Of a DNA stretch of 64,000 nucleotides, positions 39,673-49,688 are shown in pieces. This DNA comes from an uncultured delta proteobacterium (GTDB taxonomy: Bacteria > Myxococcota_A > Polyangia > Fen-1088): positions 736,001-800,000 of the forward strand of contig CAWCMR010000008.1 in assembly GCA_963796685.1 (NCBI GenBank), written 5' to 3'. The position numbers and the translations under genes are program-made. Position 1 is the stretch's first letter, and every line of letters starts with the position of its first letter. A model generated the notes under the pieces. The model saw only the letters and a program-made list of their open reading frames with translations. It was not told where the DNA came from and searched no databases.

Positions 39673-41226
39673 TCAAGCTGCCCGAATGCGATCCTCGAAT
39701 GCGGTCAGCGCGGCTTTCGCGCCCTCGCCCATGGCGATGACGATTTGCTTGAAGGGAACGCTGCTGACGTCCCCGGCGGCGTAGACGCCGGCCTTGCTGG
39801 TCCGGCAACGCTCGTCGATGACGATTTCGCCCATGCGATTCGTGGTCACCATGTCCTTGGCCACCGCGCTGTTGGGTACCAGACCGATTTGCACGAAGAC
39901 ACCATCGAGCGCGATTTCGCGGATCTCTTCGCTCGGCCGATCCTGGTAGCGCAGCGCCGTCACCGTCTGCCCGTTGCCAACCACCTCGGTGGTGCGCGCG
40001 TTGGTGATGACGGTGACGTTGGGCAGACCGCGCAGGTTGCGTACCAGGACCTCGTCGGCCTTGAGCTCGACGGCATACTCGACCAGGGTCACGTGGGCGC
40101 AAATCCCGGCCAGGTCGATGCCGGCCTCGACCCCGGAATTGCCGCCGCCGATCACGGCCACGTGCTTGCCTTTGTAGAACGGGCCGTCGCAGTGCGGGCA
40201 GAAGGCCACGCCACGGCCCATGTAGTCCTTCTCGCCGGGGATGCCCAGCTCGCGCCACTTGGCGCCGGTGGCCAGGATCAGGGCATCGGTGTGCAACACC
40301 TCACCGCCCTGCAGACGCAATTCCTTTTGCTTGCCGTGGTCGAGGATCTGCTCGACCTTGCGGTTGTCCAGCACATCGATGGCGTAGGTTCGCAGGTGCT
40401 TTTCCAGATCCGCGGCCAGTCGACGACCCTCGGTATAGGGCACGGAGATCAGGTTCTCGATGCCGACCGTTTCCTGCACCTGCCCGCCCAGCCTCTGCGC
40501 CACGAGCGCGGTCTTCAGCCCCTTGCGCGCGCTGTAGATCGCCGCCGAGCTGCCCGCCGGTCCGCCGCCCAGCACCACCACGTCGTAGCTTTTCGGCGTC
40601 TGCGGCGCCCCGTCGGCGGAAGTCTCGCGCCCCAGGACGCCCTCGAGCGTTTCCAGCAACTCGGCGAAGTTGGCTCGACCCACGTGCACGATGGCACTGC
40701 CGTTCACCACCGCCGGCACGCCCTGGATGCCGAGGGCCTGGATGTCGGACTCGGCCAGCTCGCCATCGATCATTTCGTGCTGGAAATCCGGGTGCATGAG
40801 CGCCATCTGGTTGAGCGCCTGCACCACGTCGGGACAATTCGTGCAGCTGAGCGAGACGTAGGTGCGCAGACGCACCGGACCTTTGAGGGACTTGACCCTG
40901 CGCCGGATCCCTTCGTCGGGCAGCTTGCCCTTGCCGTCGCTGTTGAGCAGGGCGATGACGAGCGAGGTGAATTCATGCCCGCCGGGAACACCACGAAAGC
41001 GAATACCGGTGGGGCGCCGGCCACGAAGGATGTCGAACTGAACCCCCGCGACCTCGTCGGCGAGCTCGTCGAGCGAAAGCTTGTCGCTGCACGAAGCAAC
41101 CTCGGTGAGCAGCTCGCGCAGCTCGTCCTGCTTGGGGTTGGTGCTACGGTAGAGAACCAGCGTCAACGACGAAGACAAGGTCGCGAAATGGGTCTCGAGT
41201 TGGTCCTTGATGCCTTGGTCCAGCAT
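39673..41226 (-). CDS. ahpF: Alkyl hydroperoxide reductase subunit F
   Basis: PGGHEFTSL, SLSCTNCPDVVQALN, CPHCDGP, GGGNSGVEA, KQIVIAMGEG. Confidence 0.96.
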   Translation of the reverse strand: MLDQGIKDQLETHFATLSSSLTLVLYRSTNPKQDELRELLTEVASCSDKLSLDELADEVAGVQFDILRGRRPTGIRFRGVPGGHEFTSLVIALLNSDGKGKLPDEGIRRRVKSLKGPVRLRTYVSLSCTNCPDVVQALNQMALMHPDFQHEMIDGELAESDIQALGIQGVPAVVNGSAIVHVGRANFAELLETLEGVLGRETSADGAPQTPKSYDVVVLGGGPAGSSAAIYSARKGLKTALVAQRLGGQVQETVGIENLISVPYTEGRRLAADLEKHLRTYAIDVLDNRKVEQILDHGKQKELRLQGGEVLHTDALILATGAKWRELGIPGEKDYMGRGVAFCPHCDGPFYKGKHVAVIGGGNSGVEAGIDLAGICAHVTLVEYAVELKADEVLVRNLRGLPNVTVITNARTTEVVGNGQTVTALRYQDRPSEEIREIALDGVFVQIGLVPNSAVAKDMVTTNRMGEIVIDERCRTSKAGVYAAGDVSSVPFKQIVIAMGEGAKAALTAFEDRIRAA

Positions 41227-41257
41227 AGGTGCTCCAGGTGGAAGTGGGGGGAAGAGA

Positions 41258-41286
41258 ACGGCCCGGGATGGTCGATCCCGGGCCGT
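41258..41286 (-). terminator. Intercistronic hairpin between ahpC and ahpF
   Basis: Perfect 12-bp stem ACGGCCCGGGAT/ATCCCGGGCCGT followed on the minus strand by TCTCTT. Confidence 0.65.
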
Positions 41287-41311
41287 GCAGGCGGTCAATC
41301 GGGTGCCGGGA

Positions 41312-41878
41312 CTAAATCTTGCCGACCAGATCGAGGCCAGGCTTCAAGGTCGCGGCTCCTGGCGTCCACTTGGCGGGACAGACCTCGCCATCGTGCGTGG
41401 CCACGAACTGAGCCGCCTGAATCTTGCGCACCAACTCTTCGGCGTTGCGGCCGATGCCGTTGTCGTGGATCTCGGCCACCTTGATCTTGCCCTCAGGATT
41501 CACCACGAAGGTGCCACGGTAGGCCAATCCTTCGGCGTCGATGTACACACCAAAGGCCCGGCTGAGCGCGCCCGTCGGGTCGGCCAGCATGGGGTACTTG
41601 ATCTTCTTGATGGTGTCCGAGGCGTCGTGCCACGCCTTGTGCACGAAGTGCGTATCGGTGCTGACCGAATAGACCTCGACGCCCATGCCCTTGAGCTTGT
41701 CGTACTTGTCGGCCATATCGCCGAGCTCGGTCGGGCAGACGAAGGTGAAGTCGGCGGGGTAGAAGAAGAACACGGACCACTTGCCTTTGAGATCGGCGTT
41801 GCTGACGGTCTTGAACTTGCCGCCGTGGAACGCCTGAACGCTGAAGTCCGGAATCTGCGAGTTGATGATGCTTGCCAT
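41312..41878 (-). CDS. ahpC: Alkyl hydroperoxide reductase subunit C (peroxiredoxin)
   Basis: FYPADFTFVCPTEL, GEVCPAKW, LDLVGKI. Confidence 0.97.
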   Translation of the reverse strand: MASIINSQIPDFSVQAFHGGKFKTVSNADLKGKWSVFFFYPADFTFVCPTELGDMADKYDKLKGMGVEVYSVSTDTHFVHKAWHDASDTIKKIKYPMLADPTGALSRAFGVYIDAEGLAYRGTFVVNPEGKIKVAEIHDNGIGRNAEELVRKIQAAQFVATHDGEVCPAKWTPGAATLKPGLDLVGKI

Positions 41879-41950
41879 AGGGTCTCCTTTTTTCTCACCT
41901 TCTTTGATGCCGGAAATGTACGCGCGTTTCCAAGAAGGCGGAGAAAGAAA

Positions 41951-43780
41951 TCAGCCACTTCGGCCATGCACCCGGAACACGCAGATTGCCGCGTTTTCGA
42001 GCACCGGGGAGCCGTAGCGCTCGGCAAGCTGCTCCCTGATACGGGCAACGAACCAGCTTTTCCCCCACTCGGGCCCGATATGGAAGAATTCTCGCAGCGG
42101 ATTCCAGTGCAAGATCAGATACTCGGCCTCGCTTCCCGCCACGGCTTTGGGATCGGCGAGGTCCACCACCGTGCGAAAGCGGATCCGGCCGCGGTTCGCC
42201 TGGCTCTCGGCGCGGCCGAGCACGTGATCGACCATCAGGCCGTTCGTGATGTATCCAGGCGAGGGCGGCCGGTGGTCAAAGGACGAGCGTCCAGCCACGG
42301 CGATGCCGAAAATGTCGGGATCGAGCGCGCCGCTGCGGTAGTATCCGGCCAGAACCGGCCGGCCGTGCACCTGCTGGGCAAAATAAAGCAGGTTGGCGTC
42401 CTCGCCCAGCACGAAGGGATACTCGATCACGGGCGCGTGGCCGCCTTCGCGCGCCAGCTCAAAGTAGAAGGGTTGCAGGTCGGAGCGCCGCAGGACCTGC
42501 GCTTCCCCCGGGGCCAAGGGGTCCGGGCGCGGTCGGTCCGTGTCGTGTGTCGCGTAATCGAAAGCAAAGGTGGGGTGTCTGGTGAAGCTGTTGGTCGCGC
42601 CGTAGAGACCGGGCAAGGGGCCCGCGACGAAGAGAACGGCGAGCAGGGCGGCCATCGCAACTAGCAGCAAGCCTCTCCTCGCTCGCGTACGAACGGCACG
42701 GACAGCTGCCTCGGCGGCCAAGCCCACAGCCAGGCTGGCGAGCAAGAACGCCGGCAGGAGATAGCGAACGAACACCCCCGCGACTCCGCTGGCGTTGGGG
42801 CGGGCCGCCAGCACCGCGAACAGTGCTCCTGCCACCGCAGCGCCGAGGACGAGCACGTCTTGCCGCGCTCTGCGCGCCGCCAAGACAAACCCGGTCAGCA
42901 CGATAGCCGCGTAGGCTACTTGCAGCGGAACGAACGCCGTCCCGCAGAGGAGCTCCCACGCGCCTGAAAACGTGCGCGCCGAGAGCCGCCCCGAGGCGTG
43001 CCATACCTCAGGCATGGGTGTGCGCAGGGCGGGAAGCCACAGGGCGCCGGCCAAGGCGAACATGCCCACCCCGGCCAGCAGCACGTGCCATGCGGAAGGA
43101 ACGAGCGCGGCGGAAGCGCGGCGCGCGCACAACCAGCGCAGTCCGGCGGCGACCAAGACGGCCGCGAGCAGCGCGGGCAGGGCCGAGGCGTGCATCCAGA
43201 TCGCGAGCCCTCCGAAAACCATCAGCCCGACTGCGTGGCGACGCCGGGCCGCGTGCAGCCACTCGCACAGGGAGATGAGCGCCAGGCACTCGAGCAGCAG
43301 AACCACGGAATAGGCGCGGGCCACCCGGCTGTAGAACACCAAGAAGGGCGCCATGGCGAGAAGGGTCGCAGACACTGCGCCGGCCACGGTGCCGAACCGA
43401 CGCCCCACCCAGCGCGGGAACACCCACAGCAGACCCACCCCCGCCAAGAGCGAGGGCAGCGCGATCGATACCTCGGTCCACCCGAAGGACTTCAATAGAG
43501 CCCGCAGGTAGAGGTTGTAGGGAACGCTGTTGGCGCCGGCGCGGCTGAAGTGGGTGAAGAGAAACCAGAAATTGCGCGAGAGCGCGAAATCGAGGCCGTG
43601 CCACTCGTCGTCCATGGGGATCTGGTCGCCCAACCCGTGCGCGCGAAGGAGCGTGCCAACCACCAGGCAGGCCGGCAAGACCAACCAGGACTCCCGACTC
43701 GGCGACGCTTCGCCCGTGCGCGGCGTGTGTCCTTCGTCGGCGCGTGCAGGGGTCGAGCGGCCCAGCCCCCAACCGGTCAT
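41951..43780 (-). CDS. GT-C fold membrane glycosyltransferase (ArnT/PMT-like)
   Basis: DE motif in the first loop (MDDEWH), PSLLAG, YSRVARAYS, many TM helices. Confidence 0.75.
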   Translation of the reverse strand: MTGWGLGRSTPARADEGHTPRTGEASPSRESWLVLPACLVVGTLLRAHGLGDQIPMDDEWHGLDFALSRNFWFLFTHFSRAGANSVPYNLYLRALLKSFGWTEVSIALPSLLAGVGLLWVFPRWVGRRFGTVAGAVSATLLAMAPFLVFYSRVARAYSVVLLLECLALISLCEWLHAARRRHAVGLMVFGGLAIWMHASALPALLAAVLVAAGLRWLCARRASAALVPSAWHVLLAGVGMFALAGALWLPALRTPMPEVWHASGRLSARTFSGAWELLCGTAFVPLQVAYAAIVLTGFVLAARRARQDVLVLGAAVAGALFAVLAARPNASGVAGVFVRYLLPAFLLASLAVGLAAEAAVRAVRTRARRGLLLVAMAALLAVLFVAGPLPGLYGATNSFTRHPTFAFDYATHDTDRPRPDPLAPGEAQVLRRSDLQPFYFELAREGGHAPVIEYPFVLGEDANLLYFAQQVHGRPVLAGYYRSGALDPDIFGIAVAGRSSFDHRPPSPGYITNGLMVDHVLGRAESQANRGRIRFRTVVDLADPKAVAGSEAEYLILHWNPLREFFHIGPEWGKSWFVARIREQLAERYGSPVLENAAICVFRVHGRSG

Positions 43781-45109
43781 GACTTCGTTGCCCCGGCGGG
43801 CTCGCCATCGCGCTGGGTGAGCAGTATCCGCGGCAAGAACGGAACCAGGATCAATGCCACCAGGGACGCCCCGGCGTTGAGCCAGATTAGCCTACCGAGG
43901 TTGTGGTGCCAGCCTGCTCCGGGGAGCTCGTACAGCCAGGAGCCCACGGGATTGGAGATGGCGAACACGGCGATGTTGTACACGCTCATCAGGAGCGCAT
44001 AGCCGAAGCTCTCGCTGCCCTTGGGGGTTGCCCGCGCTGCCAGGTCGAAGAGGGGCAGAACGCCGAGGATCGCCAAAAAGCCGTTGGCGCTGTCGATCAG
44101 CATCGCGCTTTGAGGCGACCGGTACCACAAATAGAGCAGACTGCTGATGGCGTTGAAGAGGATGCCACCGAGGAGCAAGGGCTTAAGCGAGAGCTTGCGG
44201 CAGACATAGGCATAGAGCCCGGTTGCCAGAATCCCGCCAACGCCAGCCAGGGCCTGCAAGCGGCCGATGCAGCTCCGTGCTGAATCGTAGGACATCCTGC
44301 TGGTAGTAGTTCATGGCTATGCCGAAGCCAGGCGCCATGAATACGAACATCAACAGGGCAGAAGCGGCCCACATCGTCTTGGAGCGCACGATCAGTCGAA
44401 GTTGCACCGCCGCCGCGGACCAGACCGCCAAATCGCGACGTGCATGCCGCGGCTCCTTCACCAGCACGAGCGTCACGGGCACGAGCAGAAACAGGAGCAT
44501 CGCCCCCAGGCCGGCGGTCCACCCGAAGGCCCGCGCCGCCAACCAACCGCCCAAGGGTCCCGCGATCACATTGATGACCCCGTCGATGGCGTAGCGAACC
44601 GACGCCAACCGACCGGTTGCGCCGCCTTCCTGCCCGGCCTCCACCAGAAGACCTCCGATGCTGGTGCTGGCGATGACCATGGACACGTTCAGCGACATCA
44701 TCAGCCAGAAGAAGGCTGCGTAGGAGCGAGGTGCCACGGCGAAGAGCGACCAGGTCAGGCCCGCGACCACGCCCGCCAGCAACAAGTAGCTCCGCCGTCG
44801 CGTGCCGAAGAGCGGAAAGCTGTCGCACAGCAGGCCGGCAAGCGGTTTGAGATACCAGGCAAATGTCGCAATGGCGAAAAAGTTCGCCTGCTCGGCTGCG
44901 TTGAGATGAAACTGGTTCTTGAAGAGAAATCGGAAAGGGAGCTGTCCGATGACGCCCGGCTGCCCCAAGGTCGTGATGAAGAGCCCCGCCGAGATGAGGA
45001 AGAACATGCGTCGCAGATCCGCGGGCGTGCGCACGAGCGCCGCGGGGGCGGCCTCGGAAGGGAGTGCCTCCGGGGGTGCCGTCGCGCCGTCGGTGGAGCT
45101 GGATGTCAT
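43777..45109 (-). CDS. MFS transporter, BT1/folate-biopterin-like; +1 frameshift at about 44269
   Basis: W.LKPL.G.L.DS.PLFG.RRR.Y and DLAARATPKG.E..GYAL.MS motifs split over two frames. Confidence 0.85.
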
Positions 45110-45201
45110 GATGGTGACTACTTTCACGGCTCACGATAGCCCATCTGGGCAACCATGCTCGCCATATTCCGTAGCCCGCGAACGGCAACCGGACGACCAG
45201 C

Positions 45202-45480
45202 CTAGAAGGGATAATCCGGAGTTCCGCTGCAGGTGCGATCGTAGGCGAATCCGGGCTCGGCGCATAGGCCGTCCGACGTACACACGAGCGTGTCCATGCA
45301 TGCGTACCCTCCAGTGAACGAGCACGCTTGCCCGGCCGTGGCCCTGGCGCGACACCGCAAGGTCGCATTGTCGCAAATGGCGCTGCTCACGCAGGAGTCC
45401 AGATTGCCGGCGCAGCTTCCTCCCATGTCAACGAGGGGCGCGCAGGTCGACGGATTGGAGGCAGTGCTGCAGAACAGGCG
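45202..45480 (-). pseudogene. C-terminal fragment of a Cys-rich extracellular repeat protein
   Basis: FCS..TCAP....GGSC....C....C......C......G.AC repeats like those of 53224-54255; no signal peptide or start. Confidence 0.5.
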
Positions 45481-45579
45481 GTGCCAGCATGCTGGCACCC
45501 GGCGGAAACACAGGGTGTATCAATATTCCGCAGCTCGTGGCGCGTAGTCTATTATCCGAAGGCCGGCTCCGCCGGCTCG

Positions 45580-47445
45580 ATGAGCGACGCGCGCCACACC
45601 ATCTCGAGTCTTGCCGGCGGTCTTTCCCGCCGATTCGTGATCGTGATCGTCGCCATCACGCTTTTCGGCGGCAGCCTGATCCTCTACGCACCGTCCCTGG
45701 GTTTCGGCTTCATCGGCTACGACGAAAGCGCGGTCCTGCTCGGCCATCCGAATCTGTACAACCAGCCCTCGCTGGCAAGCTCGGCACGGCAGATCCTGTT
45801 CGGCTACTTCCCGCGCGAAGAACCCCTCATCGTGCGCGACCTGTCCTGGTTGCTCGATGCGCGCCTGTTCGGATTCACCAACCCCCTTGGCTATCACCTC
45901 GGCAACGTCGCGCTGAACGCCATCGACGTCGTGCTCCTCTTCCTCTTTCTCCTGCACGCGACACGGTCGCTGCCGTTCGCAAGTCTGACCGCGGCACTCT
46001 TCGCGTCGCTCGCCATCCACGTCGAACCGGTGTGTTGGGCCATGGGACGCAAGGATGTCCTCGCCGCCTTCTTCACCCTGCTGGCCTTGCTGCTCCAATC
46101 GATGGCCCTGCGCGAGCCCCGTCGGCCAAGACGGCTCGCGCTGCACGCCTTGGTTTTCCTGTTGTGCCCGCTCGCCATCCTATCGAAATTCAGCGCCATC
46201 GTCCTGGCTCCACTGCTCGCCCTGCACCGCCTCTTCGCCCCCTTCCTCGAAGGTGCGCGCGGGCCACGCGAACGGCTCGGCCTTCGCGCGCGCTGGCGTG
46301 AGCTGGCCGGCTACGTGCCGCACGTGGCGGTCACGGCCGGGCTCTTCTTTTGGTACCAGCGCCAACTCAGCGCCTTCCAAGTCATCGGCGATCGCGGGCC
46401 GGCCGCCCTGTCTCTGCAGCACCTCGCGACGCTCGCCCTGCTGGTCCCGCTCAGCCTGGCGCGCACGCTTGGCCACATCGCCTGGGCCGCCGAGCACTCC
46501 ATCTCCTATCTGCGCCCGAACGTGGCGCTTCCACTCTTGTCCGGCGAGATCGCCAGCATCGTCGTCATGGGGCTTGGCTCGGCCGCCGCGCTGTGGGTGA
46601 CCCTTCGCTACCGCAAGGATCTGGCCTTCTTCGTTCTCGGCTTCTTTCTCTTCATGCTGCCGTACTGCAACGTCGAATACATCGGCATCTGGGTCGCGGA
46701 TCGCTACGCGTACCTTTCATCCTTCTGCGTGGTGGCGCTGCTGTCCGCGCTGGCCATCGAAGGCTGGCGCAGCCGGCAAGCGTGGGCTCGCGGGCTGGGC
46801 GCCGGGCTATTCCTCACCCTGGCGGTTCTCGCCGGGCTGGGACTGGTGGCAGGTCGAAAGCACCAGCAGGCCTTTCGCGATCCGCACGCCTTCTGGAGCT
46901 ACGAGATCGCCCGAGCACAGCCCTCGCTGCTGGCCTTCGAGTCGTATGCCAAGACCGCTCTCGGCGATGCCGCAGCTTCCGAACCGGGCTCGCCCGAGCG
47001 CCGGCAAGCAATCGAACGGGTGTCGCGCACAGCGGAGAGCGGCATTCGCTACTACCACACCCTGCCCTGGCGACCGGCGCCTGGCTATTTCAGTCGAGAA
47101 CGCACCCATCTTGCCGGCCTCTACTCGACCCTCGGACACGCGGCGACCCTGTCCGAGAAGCCGCTCGAAGATCGTCTCGGCTATTTTCAGCAGGCCTACC
47201 GGGTCATGCCGAATGGGCAAACCGCCCTGATGCTGGCCCAGGTTCTGCTGGACATGGCCAGGCGCGATCCCCCCAGCGAGCGGCTGGCCCGCTATTCCTT
47301 GCGCTTCTTCGATCGGTATCTTCGCCAGGCGAGCAGCGATCCCTTGCACCGGCAGGGACTTGTCAGGCTGCTCGATCAATACACCGACGCGTTCCCGGCC
47401 CTGGCCAGCGAGGTGCGCCGAATCTCCGAAGAGATCCTGAAATGA
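45580..47445 (+). CDS. TMTC-like (GT-C) membrane protein O-glycosyltransferase
   Basis: F.GYDE..L..HP, GYHL.NV, A.LFA...HVEPV.W..GRKDVL, LSK, ADRY.Y, W then helical repeat tail. Confidence 0.75.
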   Translation: MSDARHTISSLAGGLSRRFVIVIVAITLFGGSLILYAPSLGFGFIGYDESAVLLGHPNLYNQPSLASSARQILFGYFPREEPLIVRDLSWLLDARLFGFTNPLGYHLGNVALNAIDVVLLFLFLLHATRSLPFASLTAALFASLAIHVEPVCWAMGRKDVLAAFFTLLALLLQSMALREPRRPRRLALHALVFLLCPLAILSKFSAIVLAPLLALHRLFAPFLEGARGPRERLGLRARWRELAGYVPHVAVTAGLFFWYQRQLSAFQVIGDRGPAALSLQHLATLALLVPLSLARTLGHIAWAAEHSISYLRPNVALPLLSGEIASIVVMGLGSAAALWVTLRYRKDLAFFVLGFFLFMLPYCNVEYIGIWVADRYAYLSSFCVVALLSALAIEGWRSRQAWARGLGAGLFLTLAVLAGLGLVAGRKHQQAFRDPHAFWSYEIARAQPSLLAFESYAKTALGDAAASEPGSPERRQAIERVSRTAESGIRYYHTLPWRPAPGYFSRERTHLAGLYSTLGHAATLSEKPLEDRLGYFQQAYRVMPNGQTALMLAQVLLDMARRDPPSERLARYSLRFFDRYLRQASSDPLHRQGLVRLLDQYTDAFPALASEVRRISEEILK

Positions 47446-48077
47446 GCACGCGCAATCCCTACGTGGGCGCCTATCCCTGGCTGACAGGTCGGGCGGGCGT
47501 GTGGCGCGAGATCGCCCGCTACGTTCTTCGCAAGGTGCCGAGCACGCGGACCGTGGTCGAGCTGGGCGCGGGGTACTGCGACTTCATCAACAGCGTGCCC
47601 GCCCAAACCCGCATGGCCTTCGACCTGAACCCCGAGATGTCGCGCTTCGCTGCCCCCGGCGTGGATCTACGCGTGGGCGACTGCCGAGGCCTGCCCGGCG
47701 TCGAGGACAGCAGCGTGGATTTGTTATTCGCCAGCAACTTCCTGGAGCACTTCACCCTCGACGAGGCCACCGCCCTGTTGCGCGACATCCACCGCGTGCT
47801 GCGGCCGGGCGGACGCATCGCCCTCATCCAACCCAACTACCTGCGCTGCCCGACGCACTACTGGGACGACCCGACCCACAAGACCGCGTTCCACCACCAG
47901 AACCTGCCCGAGCTGCTGACGCGCAACGGATTTCGCGTGCTGCGCGTGGAGCCCGGTCTCTTGCCTTTCTCGATGAAAAGCCGGCTACCCAAGATCCCGC
48001 TTCTGGTACGCTGGTACCTGCGTTCCCCCATCAGGCCGCTGGCCGCGCAAATGTACGTGGCCGCAGAAAGGGTCTAG
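47442..48077 (+). CDS. Class I SAM-dependent methyltransferase
   Basis: VELGAGYCDF, FASNFLEH, RVLRPGG, YWDD.TH; ATGA overlap with the upstream gene. Confidence 0.88.
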   Translation: MSTRNPYVGAYPWLTGRAGVWREIARYVLRKVPSTRTVVELGAGYCDFINSVPAQTRMAFDLNPEMSRFAAPGVDLRVGDCRGLPGVEDSSVDLLFASNFLEHFTLDEATALLRDIHRVLRPGGRIALIQPNYLRCPTHYWDDPTHKTAFHHQNLPELLTRNGFRVLRVEPGLLPFSMKSRLPKIPLLVRWYLRSPIRPLAAQMYVAAERV

Positions 48078-48079
48078 CC

Positions 48080-48820
48080 ATCTGGAAGGGTCAAGTCGTT
48101 TCTCTCATCCTGCCCACCTACAACGAGCGGGATTCCATCCGGCGTTCCATCGAGGATTTCGCGGCTACCGGCTTCATCGACGAGATCCTGGTCATCAACA
48201 ACAACGCCGCGCCCGGAACCAGCGACGAGGTCGCGCACACATCGGCACGCGAGATCCACGAACCCGTGCAAGGCTATGGCGCGGCCATGCGGCGCGGCCT
48301 GCGCGAGGCCAAGGGCGACCTGCTCATCGTGGCCGAGCCCGACGGAACCTTCCGCGGGCACGACACCGTGAAGATGCTCGCCTACTCGGACGACTTCGAG
48401 GTCGTGTACGGCACGCGCACGGTCAAAGAGCTCATCTGGCGCGGCGCCAACATGGGCCTGTTTCTCAAGTGGGGCAACTACTGGGTGGCCAAGCTGATGG
48501 AATTCCTATTCGATTCCACGTCGCTGACCGACGTCGGCTGCACCCTTCGCTGCATTCGCCGCGAGGCCCTGCTCGACATGCAACCGCACTTCACCATCGA
48601 CGGCAGCTTCTTCGGCCCGCAGATGATGGTGCTGTCGATCCTGATGAAGATGAAGATGATCCAGATCCCGGTGAACTACACCAAGCGCATCGGACATTCT
48701 TCGGTCACCGGCAACAAATGGGTCGCCTTCAAGCTGGGCCTGCGCATGATCCGCATGATCCTGGGCTACCGCCTGCGCGCATGGACCAGCCCTGGCAAGT
48801 TCCCACGCTCGCGAGCGTGA
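48080..48820 (+). CDS. GT2 family glycosyltransferase (polyprenol-phosphate glycosyltransferase-like); apparent ATC start
   Basis: SLILPTYNE, NNA..GT, GYG.A, EPDG, TDVGC, IPVNY..R.G.S. Confidence 0.88.
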   Translation: MWKGQVVSLILPTYNERDSIRRSIEDFAATGFIDEILVINNNAAPGTSDEVAHTSAREIHEPVQGYGAAMRRGLREAKGDLLIVAEPDGTFRGHDTVKMLAYSDDFEVVYGTRTVKELIWRGANMGLFLKWGNYWVAKLMEFLFDSTSLTDVGCTLRCIRREALLDMQPHFTIDGSFFGPQMMVLSILMKMKMIQIPVNYTKRIGHSSVTGNKWVAFKLGLRMIRMILGYRLRAWTSPGKFPRSRA

Positions 48821-49152
48821 AAGGGTCACTGCGACTCGGCCCGCCCATCCCGTCGTGCGCTCACACCATCAGGCGACAACGCGGACGGTCGTCTCCAGCC
48901 GACGACACGTCTATTCGACACGGATGACGGTCCCGTGCCACGACCGGCGAGCAGAGTAGATCGCGGAGTTCTTCGGCAGGCGGCGCTCGGGCATGCTCGG
49001 CTCCAACGTCAACCCCGGTCCATGGCAGGGACATCGTATTGAATCGCAGCGTCGGCTTGGAGGCGCCCACACCGCTTGAACGGCAAATCGTTCGGCAGAC
49101 GACATCATCCCTCCACTGCGGACGTTCGCGGAACGTGTGGTAGGCTTCTCCC

Positions 49153-49353
49153 ATGCTCGCGACGAAGCAGAAAGTCAGGGATCTCTTGGAGAAGCTGCCC
49201 GACGATTGCAGCCTGGACGACGTCGTGTATCACCTCTACGTCATGCAGAAGGTCGAGGCTGGACTCGCCGACGCCGAGGCCGGCCGACTCATCCCCCATG
49301 ATGTCGTTACGGCGGAGCTTCGGCGCAAGTGGACAGCGGCAAGCGAGCTGTAG
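49153..49353 (+). CDS. Antitoxin of a RelE/ParE pair
   Basis: K..V..L.E.LPDD....D..Y.LYV..K.E.GL.D..AGR..PH..V pattern; overlaps the toxin start. Confidence 0.8.
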   Translation: MLATKQKVRDLLEKLPDDCSLDDVVYHLYVMQKVEAGLADAEAGRLIPHDVVTAELRRKWTAASEL

Positions 49354-49640
49354 TCTGGACCCCATCCGCCCGAGACTGCCTCGACGAGATCCTGCAGCAC
49401 ATCGCGGCTGATTCGCCAGCCGCCGCTGCGAAAGTTCTGGAGGTCGTCCTCGCAGCGGTGGAATCACTCTCCGTGTTTTCGGAGCGCGGTAGGATCGTAC
49501 CTGAGGTCGGGAACCGGTCAATTCGGGAGATCTTCGTCTACCGATTTCGACTCTTGTATCAAGTCTCGTCCAGCGACGTTCGCATACTCGCGGTTCTGCA
49601 CGGAGCAATGGACTTTGATCGGTGGCTGCGGCACACGTAG
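49329..49640 (+). CDS. RelE/ParE family toxin
   Basis: VVWT..A...L.EI..HIA.DSP..A, GR.VPE, IRE.FVY.FR.LY, ILAV.HG. Confidence 0.9.
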   Translation: MDSGKRAVVWTPSARDCLDEILQHIAADSPAAAAKVLEVVLAAVESLSVFSERGRIVPEVGNRSIREIFVYRFRLLYQVSSSDVRILAVLHGAMDFDRWLRHT

Positions 49641-49688
49641 CGCTGCCATAAGGCCGTTGCAGCTGGGAATCCCACTGCAGAGAAATCA

